From the NCBI RefSeq assembly GCF_009914755.1, contig NC_060946.1: DNA of 64,000 bases. One strand, given 5' to 3'. Shown one piece after another: positions 30,836 through 45,500 of this stretch. How positions within the stretch are numbered: position 1 is the stretch's first letter; each line of letters opens with the position of its first letter. Made by a program: the position numbers and the translations under genes. Source of the DNA: the human T2T-CHM13v2.0 reference genome, Homo sapiens. The notes under the pieces are model-generated. The model searched no databases and was not told where the DNA came from. It saw only the letters and a list, made by a program, of their open reading frames with translations.

Positions 30836-31455
30836 TGTAATGAAGGGTTAATTCTGCAGACATGGCTTTCCAAAACCTTGCACATTCCAAAGGTCTTCAG
30901 GACTGGCCCTTGACAAGCTCCTGGGAGATGATAACCTATGAGCCCTTGGTATATGCTGCCGGATGAGAGTCTTTGTATACCTGAAAACGTAGGTCATATC
31001 AAATAGCTGATGCTAACAACGTGATTTCTTGTGAGCACCTGTTTCTGTATGCCTATGACTTTGTGTAATGCCATATTAATATGACCTCTCTTAGGGCATA
31101 GGGAGGTTGGGAATTAAGTAGCTAAGTTCAGTCACAGGACACTCGATGCATATGTGGTGGAATCCTAATAAAAACCCTGGACTCAAGACTGACTGAGCTT
31201 CCCTAGTTGGCAACAAGTTCACACATGTTGTCTCACACCATTGTAAAGAAAATTAGTCAGTGTGAAGTCCCCACTATGAAAGGACACCTGTAAGCTCACA
31301 TCTGGTTTGTCCTGGATTCAACTTTATGTGCTTTTATGCTTCTGATTATTTTAATCAGGTTACTTTCACTGTTAGAAACTATAACCACAAAAAAAATCAG
31401 CTTCTTGAGTTATGTGAATCATTAAACCAAAGGGGGACTTGGGGACCCCCAATAA
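30836..31455 (+). mobile_element. ERVL solo LTR, MER77/MER68-like
   Basis: Starts TGTAATGAAGGGTTAA..CCTTGCACATTCC; contains AATAAAAACCCTGGAC..GAGCTTCCCTAGTTGGCAA; ends CTTGGGGACCCCCAA. Confidence 0.65.
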
Positions 31456-31494
31456 AAAGTATATATATTCTTAAAAAGAAAAAGAAAACTGGCT

Positions 31495-31949
31495 ACAGCA
31501 GATATTGCTGATGACTTGTCTTCTATGTCCTGGACTCAACGTGTTCACCTGAAATTCACCTGTTTCCAGCTAACTGAGAGCTCCCCACATCATGCCTGTC
31601 TTTCTGATTTTTGGACCTGCCTGCAAGCTTCTTGAGGCTAACCAGTGCTTCTCTACCACACATAGGAACAAAGAAGGAGTTGGGGTGGAGAGTTAATGAT
31701 TCTAAGGCAATCCTTAAGCAATAAGAGATGGGGATTCCAGCATCCCCATCTCTTTGTAAAGTTATTTTGAGACAATCTCCATACCTCCATCATTACTGAG
31801 CACATAGCAGTAACTACTCATTCACACTGGCTTCGTGTTCTGTTTCATTTTCTCCACTTCTGTGCTTTCTCACTCAATTTCTGATTAAAGTACCTGACCC
31901 CAGATATTTGTTTCATAGTCTATTTTTGAGGGAATCCAGAGCCAAGACA
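31495..31949 (+). mobile_element. Old ERVL LTR, LTR33/LTR16-like
   Basis: 3' end ATTAAAGTACCTGACCCCAGATATTTGTTTCATAGTCTATTTTTGAGGGAATCCAGAGCCAAGACA resembles this group's terminus. Confidence 0.45.
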
Positions 31950-32689
31950 ATAACAATGGGAGCTTTGAAATGAGGGAGGGTGAGTATAATCATCAGAAGT
32001 TTACCTACCTCACTGGGAACGTGAAGGCCTGGAGAGCTTGCTGTTTCAGTGAGAGAAACATGTTGAATGCCTATATATATATATGTGCAATAAGACGTGC
32101 CCTTTACTTATATCAAAGGAAAGTGCTCTTTACCTCTCTTTGTTGTTGTGTTTTTATCACTATTGCCTACACAAGCAGAATATCATACCCAGGATTTAAA
32201 GCCCTCTCTGCAGGATTTTCAAGCTCATGTTTTTATCATAAGTCACTCTGCTTCCATGTGTTTTAAATCTAATCCTCATTCCTCTGCTTTTACACCAGAG
32301 AATTCATCACTGACTTATTTTTGACTGACCTCCTTATAGAGCTGTCAAGTACACAATTTCTGCTGTGACCTTTCTCTTAGAGTTCAGTCATATAGCCTCT
32401 CACTAGATATCATTTCCTCTTATCTTTCCTAATAATGAATTGTCAGTTAAAACTCAATATTTTTAAGATTGAGCTTACCATCTGCACACACACACACACC
32501 ATTATTGGTGTATTCTCATAGCCTTGAAACACTAATGTCACGTTGATGTCTGCCTTTTCTTTCTCTGCTACCTCATTCCTCATCCTTAGATTATTCTAAA
32601 AGATTCAACTAGATCAAGTTGGCTAATTATATTTTTAAGATCCTCTCTACCCTTACCAACTCTTCGTTTAACAAAATTTAAAAATTTCT

Positions 32690-32960
32690 GGCAGGAGACT
32701 GTTGAAATCCCCATGGATGACTGTGGTTTTACTATTTTACCTTTCAGTTTTAATAGGTTTTATATTATGTATTTTGAAGTACTGCTATTGTGTGCATACA
32801 TATTTCTTATTTACATGACCTCTTGGTGTATTTTCCCCTTTGTCATTTTGAAATGTTATTCTTCATCCCCAGTGATATTTCCTGTTATGATGTCTGCTTT
32901 GCTTATCACAGTTTTAGGGGGTTTTGGCTTGTGTGTTTTTCTATTTTTTGGATCAAGTAA
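32690..32960 (-). mobile_element. Ancient L1M endonuclease-region fragment abutting HSat2
   Basis: CTGTTGAAATCCCCATGGATGACTGTGG...TATGTATTTTGAAGTACTGCTATTGTGTGCATACATA; same L1 region as ~29440-29550 but a diverged copy. Confidence 0.6.
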
Positions 32961-32975
32961 GTTTCTTAAAAATCT

Positions 32976-35900
32976 GTTTGATTCCATTTGATGATTCCAT
33001 TTGATCCCATTCGAGGATTCCACTCGATTCCATGCGATGATGATTCCATTCGAGTCCATTTGATGATTCCATTCGATTCCATTCGATGATGATTCCATTA
33101 GAGTCCATTCGATGATTCAATTTGATTCCATTCGATTCCATTCGATGATGATTCCATTAGAGTTCATTCGAGGATTCCATTCGATTCCATACGATGATGT
33201 TTCCATTCGAGTCCATTCCATGATTCCATTCGAGGCCATTCGATGATTCCATCTGATTCCATTCAATGATGACACAATTCGAGTCCTTTCATTGATTCCA
33301 TTCGATTCCATTCTATGGTGACTGCATTCGGTTCCATTCGATGATGATTCCAACGGATTCCATTTGATTTCTCCATTCGATTCCATTCCTTGCTGATTCC
33401 ATTCAATTCCATTAGATGATAACTCCACTAGATTCCATTTGATGATGATTTCATTAGATTCCTTTCGATGATGATCCAATTCGATTCTATTCAATGATGA
33501 TTCTATTCGATTCCATTCAATGATTTCATTCGATTCCATTCAAAGATTGCATTTGATTCCATTCGATGGTGATTCCATTCGTGTCCAATCGATGATTCCA
33601 TTCGATTCCATTCGATGATGATTCCATTTGAGTCCATTCGATGATTCCATTCGATTCCATGCAATGATGATTCCATCGAGTCCATTCGATGATTCCATTT
33701 GATTCCATTAGATGATGACTGCATTCGGTTCCATTTGATGATGATTCTAGCGGACTCCATTCGATGACTCCATTCGATTCCATTCATTGATGATTCCATT
33801 CGATTCCATTTGATTATGATTCCATTCAATTCCATTCAATGATGATTCCATTGGATTCCATTTGATGATTCCATTTGATTACATTCGATGATGATTCCTT
33901 TTGGGTCCATTCGATGATTCCATTCTATTCCCTTAGATGATGACGCCATTCGATTATTCCATTCAACTCCATTTGATGTTTTCTTTTGATTCCACTCAAT
34001 GTTGATTCCATTTGAGTCCATTCTATGATTCCATTCGAGTGCATTCCATGATTTCATTTGATTCCATTCGATGATGATTCCATTTGATTCCATTCGATGA
34101 TTCCATTTGATTTCATTCTATGATGATTGCATTAGATTCCATTCGATGATTCCATTCGAGTCCATTCTATGATTCCATTCGAGTCCATTAAATGATTCCA
34201 TTCGATTCCATTCGATGATGACTCCAATCGAGTCCATTCAATGATGATTCCATTTGATTCCATTCGATGATTCTGTTGGATTCCATTCTTTGTTTTATTT
34301 TGATTCGTTTTGATGATGATTCCATTCAGTTTCATTCGATGATCCCATTGGATTCTATTCGATGATGTTTCCATTCGATTCCATTTGAAGAAAATTCCAT
34401 TCAATTCCATTGATGATGATTCCATTTGATTCTTTTCGATGCCGATTCTATTCAATTCCATTCGAAGATGATTCCAGTCAATTCTATTCAATGATTAAAT
34501 TCGATTCCATTCGATGATGATTCCATTCGAGACCATTCAATGATTCCATTCATTTCCATTCAATAATGATTCTATTCGAGTCCATTCGATGATTCCATTC
34601 AAGTACATACGATGATTCCATCTGATTCCATTCAATGAATCCATTCGATTCCATTCTATGATGCTTCCATTCGTTTCCATCCGATGATGATTCCATTCGA
34701 TTCCATTCAATGACTCCATTTGATTCCATTTGAAGATGATTCCAATCAATTCCATTCGATGATTCCATTCGAATCCATTAGATGATGAGTCCATCCATTT
34801 CAATTTCATGATAATTCTATTCGTTTCAATTCGATGGTTTTTCCATTCAATTCCATTTGATGTTGATTCCATTAGTTTCCATTGGATGATGATTCCATTC
34901 GAGTCCATTCGATGATGATCACATTCAATTTCATTCCATAATTCTATACGATTCCATTCGGTGATGATTCCATCTGATTCCATTTGATGATTCCATTCGA
35001 TTCCACTCGATGATGATTCAATTCATTTCCATCCGATGATGACTCCATTCAATTTCATTCGATGATGATTGCATTCGAGTCCATGGATTATTCCATTCCA
35101 TTCGATTCGATGATTCCATTCAAGTCCATTCGATGATTCTCTTCGATTCCATTCGATAATTCCGTTTGATTCCGTTTGATGTTGATTCCATTTCAGTCCA
35201 TTCAATGATAATTCCATTCGATTCTGTGCGATGATTCCATTCGATTCCATTTGAAGATGATTCCATTCGAGACCATTCAATGATTCCATTCAATTCATTT
35301 GATGACGATTCCATTCAATTCCATTCAATGAATCCATTAGATTCCATTTGATGATGAATCCATTCAATTCCATTCGATGATGATTCCATGCAATTCCATT
35401 TGATGATGACTCCTTTCGTTTCCATTCGATGATGATTCCATTTGATTCCATTCAATGATGATTCCTTTGGATTCCATTTGATGATGATTCCATAAAATTC
35501 CAATTGATGATGATTCTTTTTGATTCCATTCAATGATGATTCCACTCGATTCCATATGATAATGATTCCATTTGATTCCACTCGATGATTCCATTTGATT
35601 CCATTCAATGGTTCCATTCGATTCCATTCAATGATGATTCCATTCGAGTTCATTGATTATTCCATTCCATTCCATTGGATGATTCCATTCGAGTCCATTC
35701 AATGATTCTATTCAATTCCATTTGATAATTCCATTCAATTCCATTGGATGATAATTCCATTCGAGTCCATTCGATGATTATTCCATTCAATTCTATTTGG
35801 CAATTCCATTCGATTCCATTTGATAATGATTCCATTCGAGACCATTCAATGATTCCATTCAATTCATTCGATGATGATTCCATTCAATTCCATTCGATGA

Positions 35901-38900
35901 TTCCATTCGATTCCATTTGATGATGGTTCCCTTCGATTCCATTCGATGATGATTCCATACGATTCCATTCGATGATGATTCCATGCAATTCCATTCGAAG
36001 ATGACTCCATTCGGTTCCATTCGATGATGATTCCATTCAGTTCCATGCGATGATGATTCCTTTGGATTCCATTCAATGATGATTCCTTTCGACTCCATTT
36101 GATGTTGATTCTTTTCTATTCCATTCGATGATGATTCCATTTGATGCCATTCGATGATGATTCCATTCGATTCCATTCGATGATTCCATTCGATTCCATT
36201 TGATGATGGTTCCATTCGATTCCATTCGATGATGATTCCATGTGATTCCATTCGATGATGACTCCTTTCAGTTCCATTCGATGATGATTCCATTCGTTTC
36301 CATGCGATGATGATTCCTTTGGATTCCATTCAATGATGATTCCTTTAGACTCCATTTGATGTTGATTCTTTTCTATTCCATTTGATAATGATTCCATTTG
36401 ATGCCATTCGATGATGATTCCATTCGATTCCATTCGATGATTCCATTCAATTCCATTCGATGATGATTCCATTCGAGTCCATTCAATGATTCCATGTGAT
36501 TCCTTTTGATGATTATTCCATTCGTGTCCATTCGGTGATTCCTTTTGATTTCAACTGAAGATGATTCCATTCGATTCCATTCAATGATGAATCCATTCGA
36601 TTTCACACGATGATTCCATTCAATTCCATTCTATGATGATTCCATTCGAGTCCATTTGATGATTCCATTTGACTCCATTTGATGATGATTCCATTCATTG
36701 ATTCCATTCGATTCTATTCGATGATGATTCCATTCAGTATCATTTGATGCTGATTCCATTCAATTCCATTCGATTATTCCATTTGATTCCACTCGATGAT
36801 TCCATTCGATTACATTTGAGGATGATTCCACTCTATTCCATTCGATGATTCCATTCAATTCTATTCGATGATGATTCCTTTCGATTCCATTCGATGACGA
36901 CTGCATTCGATTCCATTTGATGATAATGTTTGATTCCATTCAATGATGTTTGCGATCAATTACGTTCGATTATTCCATTCGATTCCATTCGATGATTCCA
37001 TTTTATTCAATTCGATAATGATTCGATTCAAGTCCATTCGATGATTCCATTCAAGCCCATTCGATGATTCCATTCAAGCCCATTCAATAATTCCTTTTGA
37101 GTCCAATCCATGATTCAATTCGAGTCCATTCGATCATTCCATTTGAGTCCATTTGATGATGATTCCATTCGAGTCCATTCGATAATTCTTTTTGAGTCCA
37201 TTCAATGATGATTCCATTCGAGTCCATTTGATGATTCCATTCAATTCCGTTAGATGATAATTCCATTCGAGTCCACTCGATGATTCCATTTGATTTCATT
37301 TGATGATAATTCCATTCGATTCCATTGAATGATTCCATTCTATTCCATTTGATGATGATTCCATTCGAGTCCATTCAATGATTCCATTCTGGTCCATTTA
37401 ATGATTCCATTGAGTTCAATACAATGATGATTACATTGGATTCCATTCTATGATTCCATTCGATTCCTTTCATTGATGATTCCATTTGATTCCATTCAAT
37501 GATGATTCCATTCGATTTCATTTGATGATTATATTTGATTCCATTTGATGAAGATTCAATTCTATTATATTGGATGATTCCATTCAATTCCATTCGATGA
37601 TGATTCCATTTGATTCCATTCGATGATGATTCCATTCAGTTACATTGGATGATGAATCCATTCAATTCCATTCGATGATCATTCCATTCTATTTCATTCG
37701 ATGATGATTCCATTCAATTTCATTCGATGATTCCATTCGATCCCATTCGATGATGACTCCATTCTATTCCATTGGATGATTCCATTCTATTCCATTCGAT
37801 GATGATCCCATTCAATTCCATTCAATGATGATTCCATTCGATTCCATTTGATGATGATTCCATACGATGATGATTCCATTTGATTCCATTCGATGATGAT
37901 TCCATTCACTTGCATTCGATGATGATTTCAATTGAGTGCATTCAAATATTACATTCGATTCCAATCGATCATGACTCCATTCGTGTCCATTCGATGATTC
38001 TATTCCATTCCATTCCATGATGATTCCATTCGATGCCATTCAATGATTCCATTTGATTCCATTCGTTGATGATTCCATTCGAGTCCATTCTCAGATTCCA
38101 TTAGATTCCATTTGATGATGATTTCATTTGAGTCCATTTGATGATTCCAGTCGATTCTATTCATTGATGAGTCCATTCAAGTCCATTCGATGATTCCATT
38201 TCATTCCATTTGATGATGATTCCACTCGAGTCCATTAGATGATTCCATTCGAGTCCATTTGATTATTCCCTTAGATAACATTCATTGATGATTCTATTCA
38301 ATGCCATTCGATGATTCCATTTGGTTCCATTTGATGATATTTCCATTTGAGTCCATTCGATGATTCCATTGGATTCCATTCAATGATGATTCCATTCGTA
38401 TCCTTTGAATGATTCCATTTTATTCCATTCAATGATGATTCCACTCGAGTCCGTTCAATGATTCCATTTGATTCCATTCAATGATGATTCCATTCAATGA
38501 TGATTCCATTCAAATCCATTCGATGATTCCATTCGATTCCATTCGATGATTCCTTTTGATCCCATTTGATGAACCCCTTTGATTCCATTCAATGATCACT
38601 CCATTCAATTCAGTGATCCCATTGGATTCCATTCGATGATGATTCCATTAGATTCCCCTCCATGATGGTTCCATTCGGTTCCATGTGATGATGATTGCAT
38701 TAGATTCCATTCGATTATTCCATGTGATTCCATTTGTTGATGATTCCATTTGATTCCATTTGATGATGATTCCATTCGATTCCATTCGATGATATTTCCA
38801 CTTGATTTCATTCGATGATTCTATTTGATTCCATTCGATGATGAGTCCATTCTATTCCACTTGATGATTCCATTCAATTCCATTCTATGATGATTCTATT

Positions 38901-41900
38901 CGACTCCATTTGATGATGATTCCATTTGATTCCATTCGATGATGATTCCATTCGTGTCCATTTGATGATTCCACTCAATTCTATTCGAAGATGACTGCAA
39001 ACGAGTCCGTTAGATGATTCCATTTGATTCCATTGGATGATGATTCCTTTTGATGCCATTCAATGATTCCCTTCAATTTCATTTGATGATGATTCCATTC
39101 GATTCCATTTGATGATTCCATTCGGTGATGATACCATTCGATGCCATTCGATGATTCCATTCGATTCCGTTCGATGATTCCATTCAATTCCATTCAATGA
39201 TGATTCTATTCGAGTCCCTTCAATGCTTGCATTCGATTCCATTCAATGATGATTTCATTTGAGTCCATTCGATGATTCCATTCGATTTCATTCGATGATG
39301 ATTCCATTCGATTCCATTCAATGGTGATTCCATTCGAGTCCATTTGATGATTCCATTTGATTCCATTCGATGATGATTCCATTCGATGTCATTCAATGAT
39401 TCTATTCGATTGCATTCAATGATGGTTCCATTCGAGTCCATTCAATGATTCCATTCAAGTCCATTTGATGATTCCTTTCAATTCCATTCGATGATGATTC
39501 CATTCGAGTCCATTCAATGATTCCATTCGATTCCATTCGATGATGATTCCATTCGAGTCCGTTCGATGCTTCCATTTGATTTCATTCGATGATGATTCCA
39601 TTCGATTGCATTTTATGATTCCATTCTATTCCAATCGATGATGATTCCATTCGCGTCCATTTAATGATTCCATTGGGTTAAATTCGATGATGATTACATT
39701 GGATTCCATTCTATGATTCCATTCGACTCCATTCGTTGATGATTCCGTTCGACTCCACTCGATGATGATTCCATTCGATTACATTCAATGATTCTATTCG
39801 ATTCCATTCAATGATGATTCCATTCTATTCAATTCGATGATTCCATTAGATTCCACTCACTGATGATTACATTCAATTTCATTCAATGATTCTATTTGAT
39901 TCCATTCGATGATGATCCCATTCTATTCAATTCTATGATTCCATTCGATTGCATTCGGTGATGATTCCATTCGATTGCATTCGATGATAATTCCATTTGG
40001 GTCCATTCAAAGATTCCTTTCGATTACATTCCATGACGATTCCGTTCGAGTCCATTCGATGATTCCATTCAACTCCATTCAATGATGATTCCATTCGATG
40101 CTATTCTATGATTCCATTTGATTTCATTTGATTATGATTCCATTCAACTCCATTCGATGATTCTATTCCAGTTCATTCGATTATTCCATTAGAATTCATT
40201 CGATGATGATTTCATTCAAATTCATTTGATGATTCCATTCGATTCCATTCAATGAGGATACTATTCGAGTCCATTCGATGATGACTGTATTCAATTCCAT
40301 TCGATGATTCCATCTTACTCCATTTGATGAAGATTCCGATCGATTCCATTCTATGATTCCATTCAATTCCATTTGATTATTCCATTTCATTCCATTCCAT
40401 AATGATTCCATTCGAGTCCATTCGATGATTCCATTTGAGCCTATTCGATAATTCCATTTGAGTCCAATCCATTATTCCATTCGAGTCCATTCGATCATTC
40501 CATTTGAGTCCATTTGATGATAATTCCATTCAAGTCCATTCGGTGATTCCATTTGACTCCATCCGATAATTCCATTTCAGTCCATTCGATGATGGCTTTT
40601 GATTCCATTCAATGACATTCCTTTTGAGTCTATTCAATGATTCCATTCGATTCTATTCGATGATGATTCCTTTCATCTCCGTTCTGTGATTCCATTTGAT
40701 TTCATTCGATGATGATTCCTTTCGAGTCCATTAGATGATTCCTTTCAAATCCATTAGATCATTCCTTTCAATTCCATTTGATGATGATTCCATTCAAGTC
40801 CATACAGTGATTACATTCGATTCCATTTGATGATGATTCCATTCGATTCCATTCGATGATTCCATTCTATTCCATTCAGTGATTCCATTCGATTCCATTC
40901 GATGATGATTCCATTCCATTCCATTCGATGATTCCATTCGATTCTGTTTGATGATGATTCCATTGGAGTCCATTCGATGATTCTATTCGAATCCATTTGA
41001 TGATTGCTTTTGATTATATTCGGTGATGATTCCATTCGAGTCCATTCAATGATTCCATTCGATTCCATTCGATGATAATTCCATTCGAGTCCATTTGATG
41101 ATTCCATTTGATTCCATTCTCCGATGATTATATTCAAGTCCATTCGATGATTCCACTCAATTCCATACAATGATGATTCCGTTCGATTGCATTCTATGAT
41201 TCCATTCTATTCCATTCAATGATGATTCCATTCGAGTACATTAGATGATTCCATTCGATTCCATTCGATGATGATTCTATTCATGCCCATTAGATGATTC
41301 CACATGATTCCATTCGATAATGATACTATTCGAGTCCATTCAATGATTCCCTTTGATTCCATTTGATGATGATTCCATTCGATTCAATTCATTGGTGATT
41401 CTATTCAATTCCATTCTTTGATTCCATTCCATTCCATTCGACAATGATTCCATTCGATTTCTTTCGATGATTCCACTCGATTCCACTTGTCATTGATTCC
41501 ATTTGAGTCCATTCAATGATTCCATTTGATTCCAGTCGATGATGATTGCCTTCGATTCCATTCGATCATTCCATTTGATTCTGTTCGATGATGATTCCGT
41601 TCAATTCCATTTGATGATTCCATCTGATTCTATTCGAGGATTCCATTCAATTCCATTCGATGATAATTCCATTTGAGTCCATTCAATGATTTCATTCGAG
41701 TCCATCCAATGATTCCATTTGAGTCCATTTGATGATTCCATTCAATTCCATTTTATTATGATTCCACTAGAGTCCACTTGATGACTCCATTTGATGACTC
41801 CATTCGAGTCCATTTGATAATTCCATTCAAGTCCATTTGATGATTCCATTCGATTCCATTTGATGATTCCATTTGAGTCCATTTGATCATTACTGTTGAG

Positions 41901-42527
41901 TCCATTTGGTGATTCCATTTGATTTCTTTTGATAGTGATACCATTCAATTACATTTGATGATGATCCCATTCGATTTCATTCGATGATGGTTCCATTTGA
42001 GTCCATTCGATGATTCCATTTGATTCCATTCAATGATGATTCCATTCGAGTCCATTCGATGATTTCATTCGAGTTCCTTCGTTGATTCCATCCGATTTGA
42101 TGTGATGATGACTCCATTCGAGTCCATTCGATGATTCCATTCGATGATTCCATTTGATTCCTTTCCATGATAATTCCGTTTGAGTCCATTGGATGAAGAT
42201 TCCATTCGATTCCATTCTATGATTCCATTCGATTCCATTCGATGATTCCCTTCAATTCCTTTCCATGATGATTCCATTCCATTCCATTCGATGATTCCAT
42301 TCCATTCTATTCCATGATGATTCCTTTTGTTTCCATTTGCTGATGATTCCATTCGATTCCATTCGATGATGATTCCATTCGATTCCATTCGATGATGATT
42401 CCATTTGATTCCATTCAATGATGATTCCATTCTATTACATTCAATGATTGCATTCAATTCCATTCGATGATTATTCCATTCGAATAAATTCAATGATTCC
42501 ATTCAATACCATTCTATGATGATTCCT
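32976..42527. repeat. Human satellite 2 (HSat2/HSATII), diverged, CATTC strand on +
   Basis: Continuous ATTCCATTCG / GATGATGATTCCATTCG / GAGTCCATTCG 23-26-bp units. GATGAT insertions distinguish it from plain-pentamer HSat3. Frequent TCG>TTG/TCA decay. Confidence 0.93.
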
Positions 42528-45500
42528 TTCACAGTGTTGAACAGTCTTTTTCTTGAATCTGCAAGTGGACATTTGGAGAGCTTTGTGGCCTGTGGTAGAA
42601 AAGGAAATATCTTCACATAAAATCTAGACAGAAGTCATCTGAGAAACTTCTTTGTGATGTGTGCATTCATCTCACAGAGTTAAAATGTTCTTTGGTTGAG
42701 GAGTTTTGAAAATCTCCTTTTGTAGAATGTGCAACTGGACCTTTGGAGCGCTTTGTGGCCTATGGTAGAAAAGGAAATATCTTCACATAAAAACTAGACA
42801 GAAGAATTATGAGAAACTTCTTTTTGGTGCATGCGTTCATCTCACAGAGTTCAACCTTTCTTTTGATTGACTGGTTTGGAAACACTCTGTCTTTTAAATC
42901 TGGAAGTGAACATTTGGAGCGTTTTGAGGCCTATGGTGGAAAAGGAAATATCTTCATATAAAAACTAGACAGAAGAATTCTGAGAAACTTCTTTGTGATG
43001 TGTGCATTCATCTCACAGAGTTGAACTTTTGTTTGGATGGGGCAGTTTGAAAACACTCTTTTTCTAGAATTTGCAAGTGGACATTTGGAGCTCTTTGCAG
43101 CCTATGGTAGAAAAAAGGAATATCTTCACATAAAATCTAGACAGAAGTAATCTGAGAAACTGCTTTGTTATGTGTGCATTCATCTAACCGAGTTGAACCT
43201 TTCTTTTGATTGAGCACTTTGGAAACACTCTTTTTGTAGAATCCGCAAGTGGACATTTGGAGCGCTTTGCAGCCTATTTTAGAAAAGGAAATATCTTCAC
43301 ATAAAATCCAGACAGAAGAAATCTGAGAAACTTCTTTGTAAATGTATGCATTCATCTCACAGTGTTAAACCTTTCCTTTGATTGAGAAGTTTTGAAACTC
43401 TCTTTTTGTAGAATCTGAAAGTGGACATTTGGAGTACTATGAGTCATATGGTGGAAAAGGAAATATCCTCAGATGAAATCTAGAAAGAAGCAATCTGAGA
43501 AACTTTTTTATGATGTGTGCATTCATCTCACACAGTAAAACCTTTCTTTGGATTGAGCAGTTTTGAAACTCACTTTTTGTAGCATCTGTAAGTGGACATT
43601 TGTAGGGCTTTGAGGCCTATGTTGGAAAAGGAAATATCTTCACATAAAAACAAGACAGAAGAATTCTGAGAAACGTATTTGTGATGTGTGCGTTCATCTC
43701 ATAAAGTTGAACTTTTCTTTTGATTGAGCAGTTTGGAAACACTCTTTGTAAAATCTGCAGTGGACATTTGGAACGCTTTGCAGCCTATGTTAGAAGAAAG
43801 AAATATCTTCATATAAAATCTAGACAGAAGCAATCTGAGAAACTTCTTTGTGATGTGTCCTTTCATCTCACCGAGTTGAAACTTTCTTTTCATTGAGCAG
43901 TTTCGAGACCCTCTTTTTGTGGAATCGGCAAGTGGAAATTTGGAGCACTTTGTGACCTATGGTAGAACAGGAAATGTCTTCACATAAAATCTAGACAGAA
44001 CCAATCTGAGAAACTTCTTTCTGCTGTGTGCATTCATCTCACACAGTTAAATCTTTCTTTTTTTGAGCAGTTTTGAAACTCTCTTTTTGTAGAATCTGCA
44101 AGTTGACATTTGGAGTGTGTTGAGGCCTACGGTGGAAAAAGAAATATCTTCACATAAAATCTAGAGAGAAGCAATCTGAGAAACTTCTATGTTGGAAAAG
44201 GAAACATCTTCACGTAACAAATAGACAGAAAAATTCTGAGAAACTTCTTTGTGATGTTTGGGTTCATCTCACAGAGTTGAACCTTCCTTTTGATTGAGCA
44301 GTTTGAAAACACTCTTTTTGTAGTATCTGGAAGTGGACATTTGGAACGCTTTGCAGCCTATGGTAGAAAAGGGAATATATTCACATAAAATATAGACAGA
44401 AGAAATCTGAGAAAATTCTTTGTAATGGGTGTATTCATTCAACAGAGCTGTACCTTTCCTTTGATGGACCAGTTTTGAAATACTCTTTTTGTGGAATCTG
44501 CATGTGGACATTTCGAGAGCCTTGAGGCCTAGCGTGGAAAATGAAATATCTTCACATAAAAGCTAAACAGAAGAATTCTGAGAAATTTCTTTGAAATGTG
44601 TGGGTTCATCTCACAGAGTTGAACCTTTCTTTTGATTGAGCAGTTTGGAAAAATTGTAGAATCTGCAAGTGGACGTGTTGTGTGCTTTGTGGCCTATAGT
44701 AAAAAAGGAAATATCTTCACATAAATTCTAGACAGAAGTAATCTGAGAAACTCCTTTGTGACGTGTGCATTCATCTCACAGCATTAAAACTTCCTTTTGA
44801 TTGGAGCAGTTTTGAAACACTCTTTTTGTAGAATCTGCAAGTGGACATTTGGAGCGCTATGTGGACTATGGTGGAAAAGGAAATATTTTCACATAAAAAC
44901 TAGACAGAATTCTGAGAAACTTCTTTGGGACGTGTGGATTCATCTCACAGAGTTGAACCTTTCTTTTGATTGAGCAGTTTGCAAACACTCTTTTTGTAGA
45001 ATCTGCAAGTGGACATTTGGAGAACTTTGCGGCCTATGGTAGAAAAGGAAATATCTTCATATAAAATCTAGACAGAAGCAATCTGAGAAACTTATTTGTG
45101 ATGTGTGCATTCATCTCACAGCGTTAGAACTTCCTTTTTATTGGAGCAGTTTTGAAACACCCTTTTTGTAGAATCTGCAAGTGGATATTTGGAGTGCTTT
45201 GAGGCCTATGGTGGAAAAGGAAATATCTTCACATTAAATCTAGACAGAAGCAATCTGAGAAACTTCTTTTTGATGTGTGCATTTATCTCACAGAGTTAAA
45301 ACTTTCCTTTGAATGAGTAGTTCTGAATCTGTTTTTGTTGAATCTGAAATTGGGCATTTGGAGCTCTTTCAGGCCCTTGGGGGAAAGGAAATATCTTCAC
45401 ATAAAATCTAGACAGAAGAATTCTGAGAAACTTCTTTGTGATGTGTGCATTCATCTCACAGAGTTAAACCTTTCTTTTGATTGAGCAGTTTTGAAACTCT

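Noticed and set aside
32856-42502. MESNGIIEW-type ORFs
   Set aside because: Standard translation artefact of HSat2.
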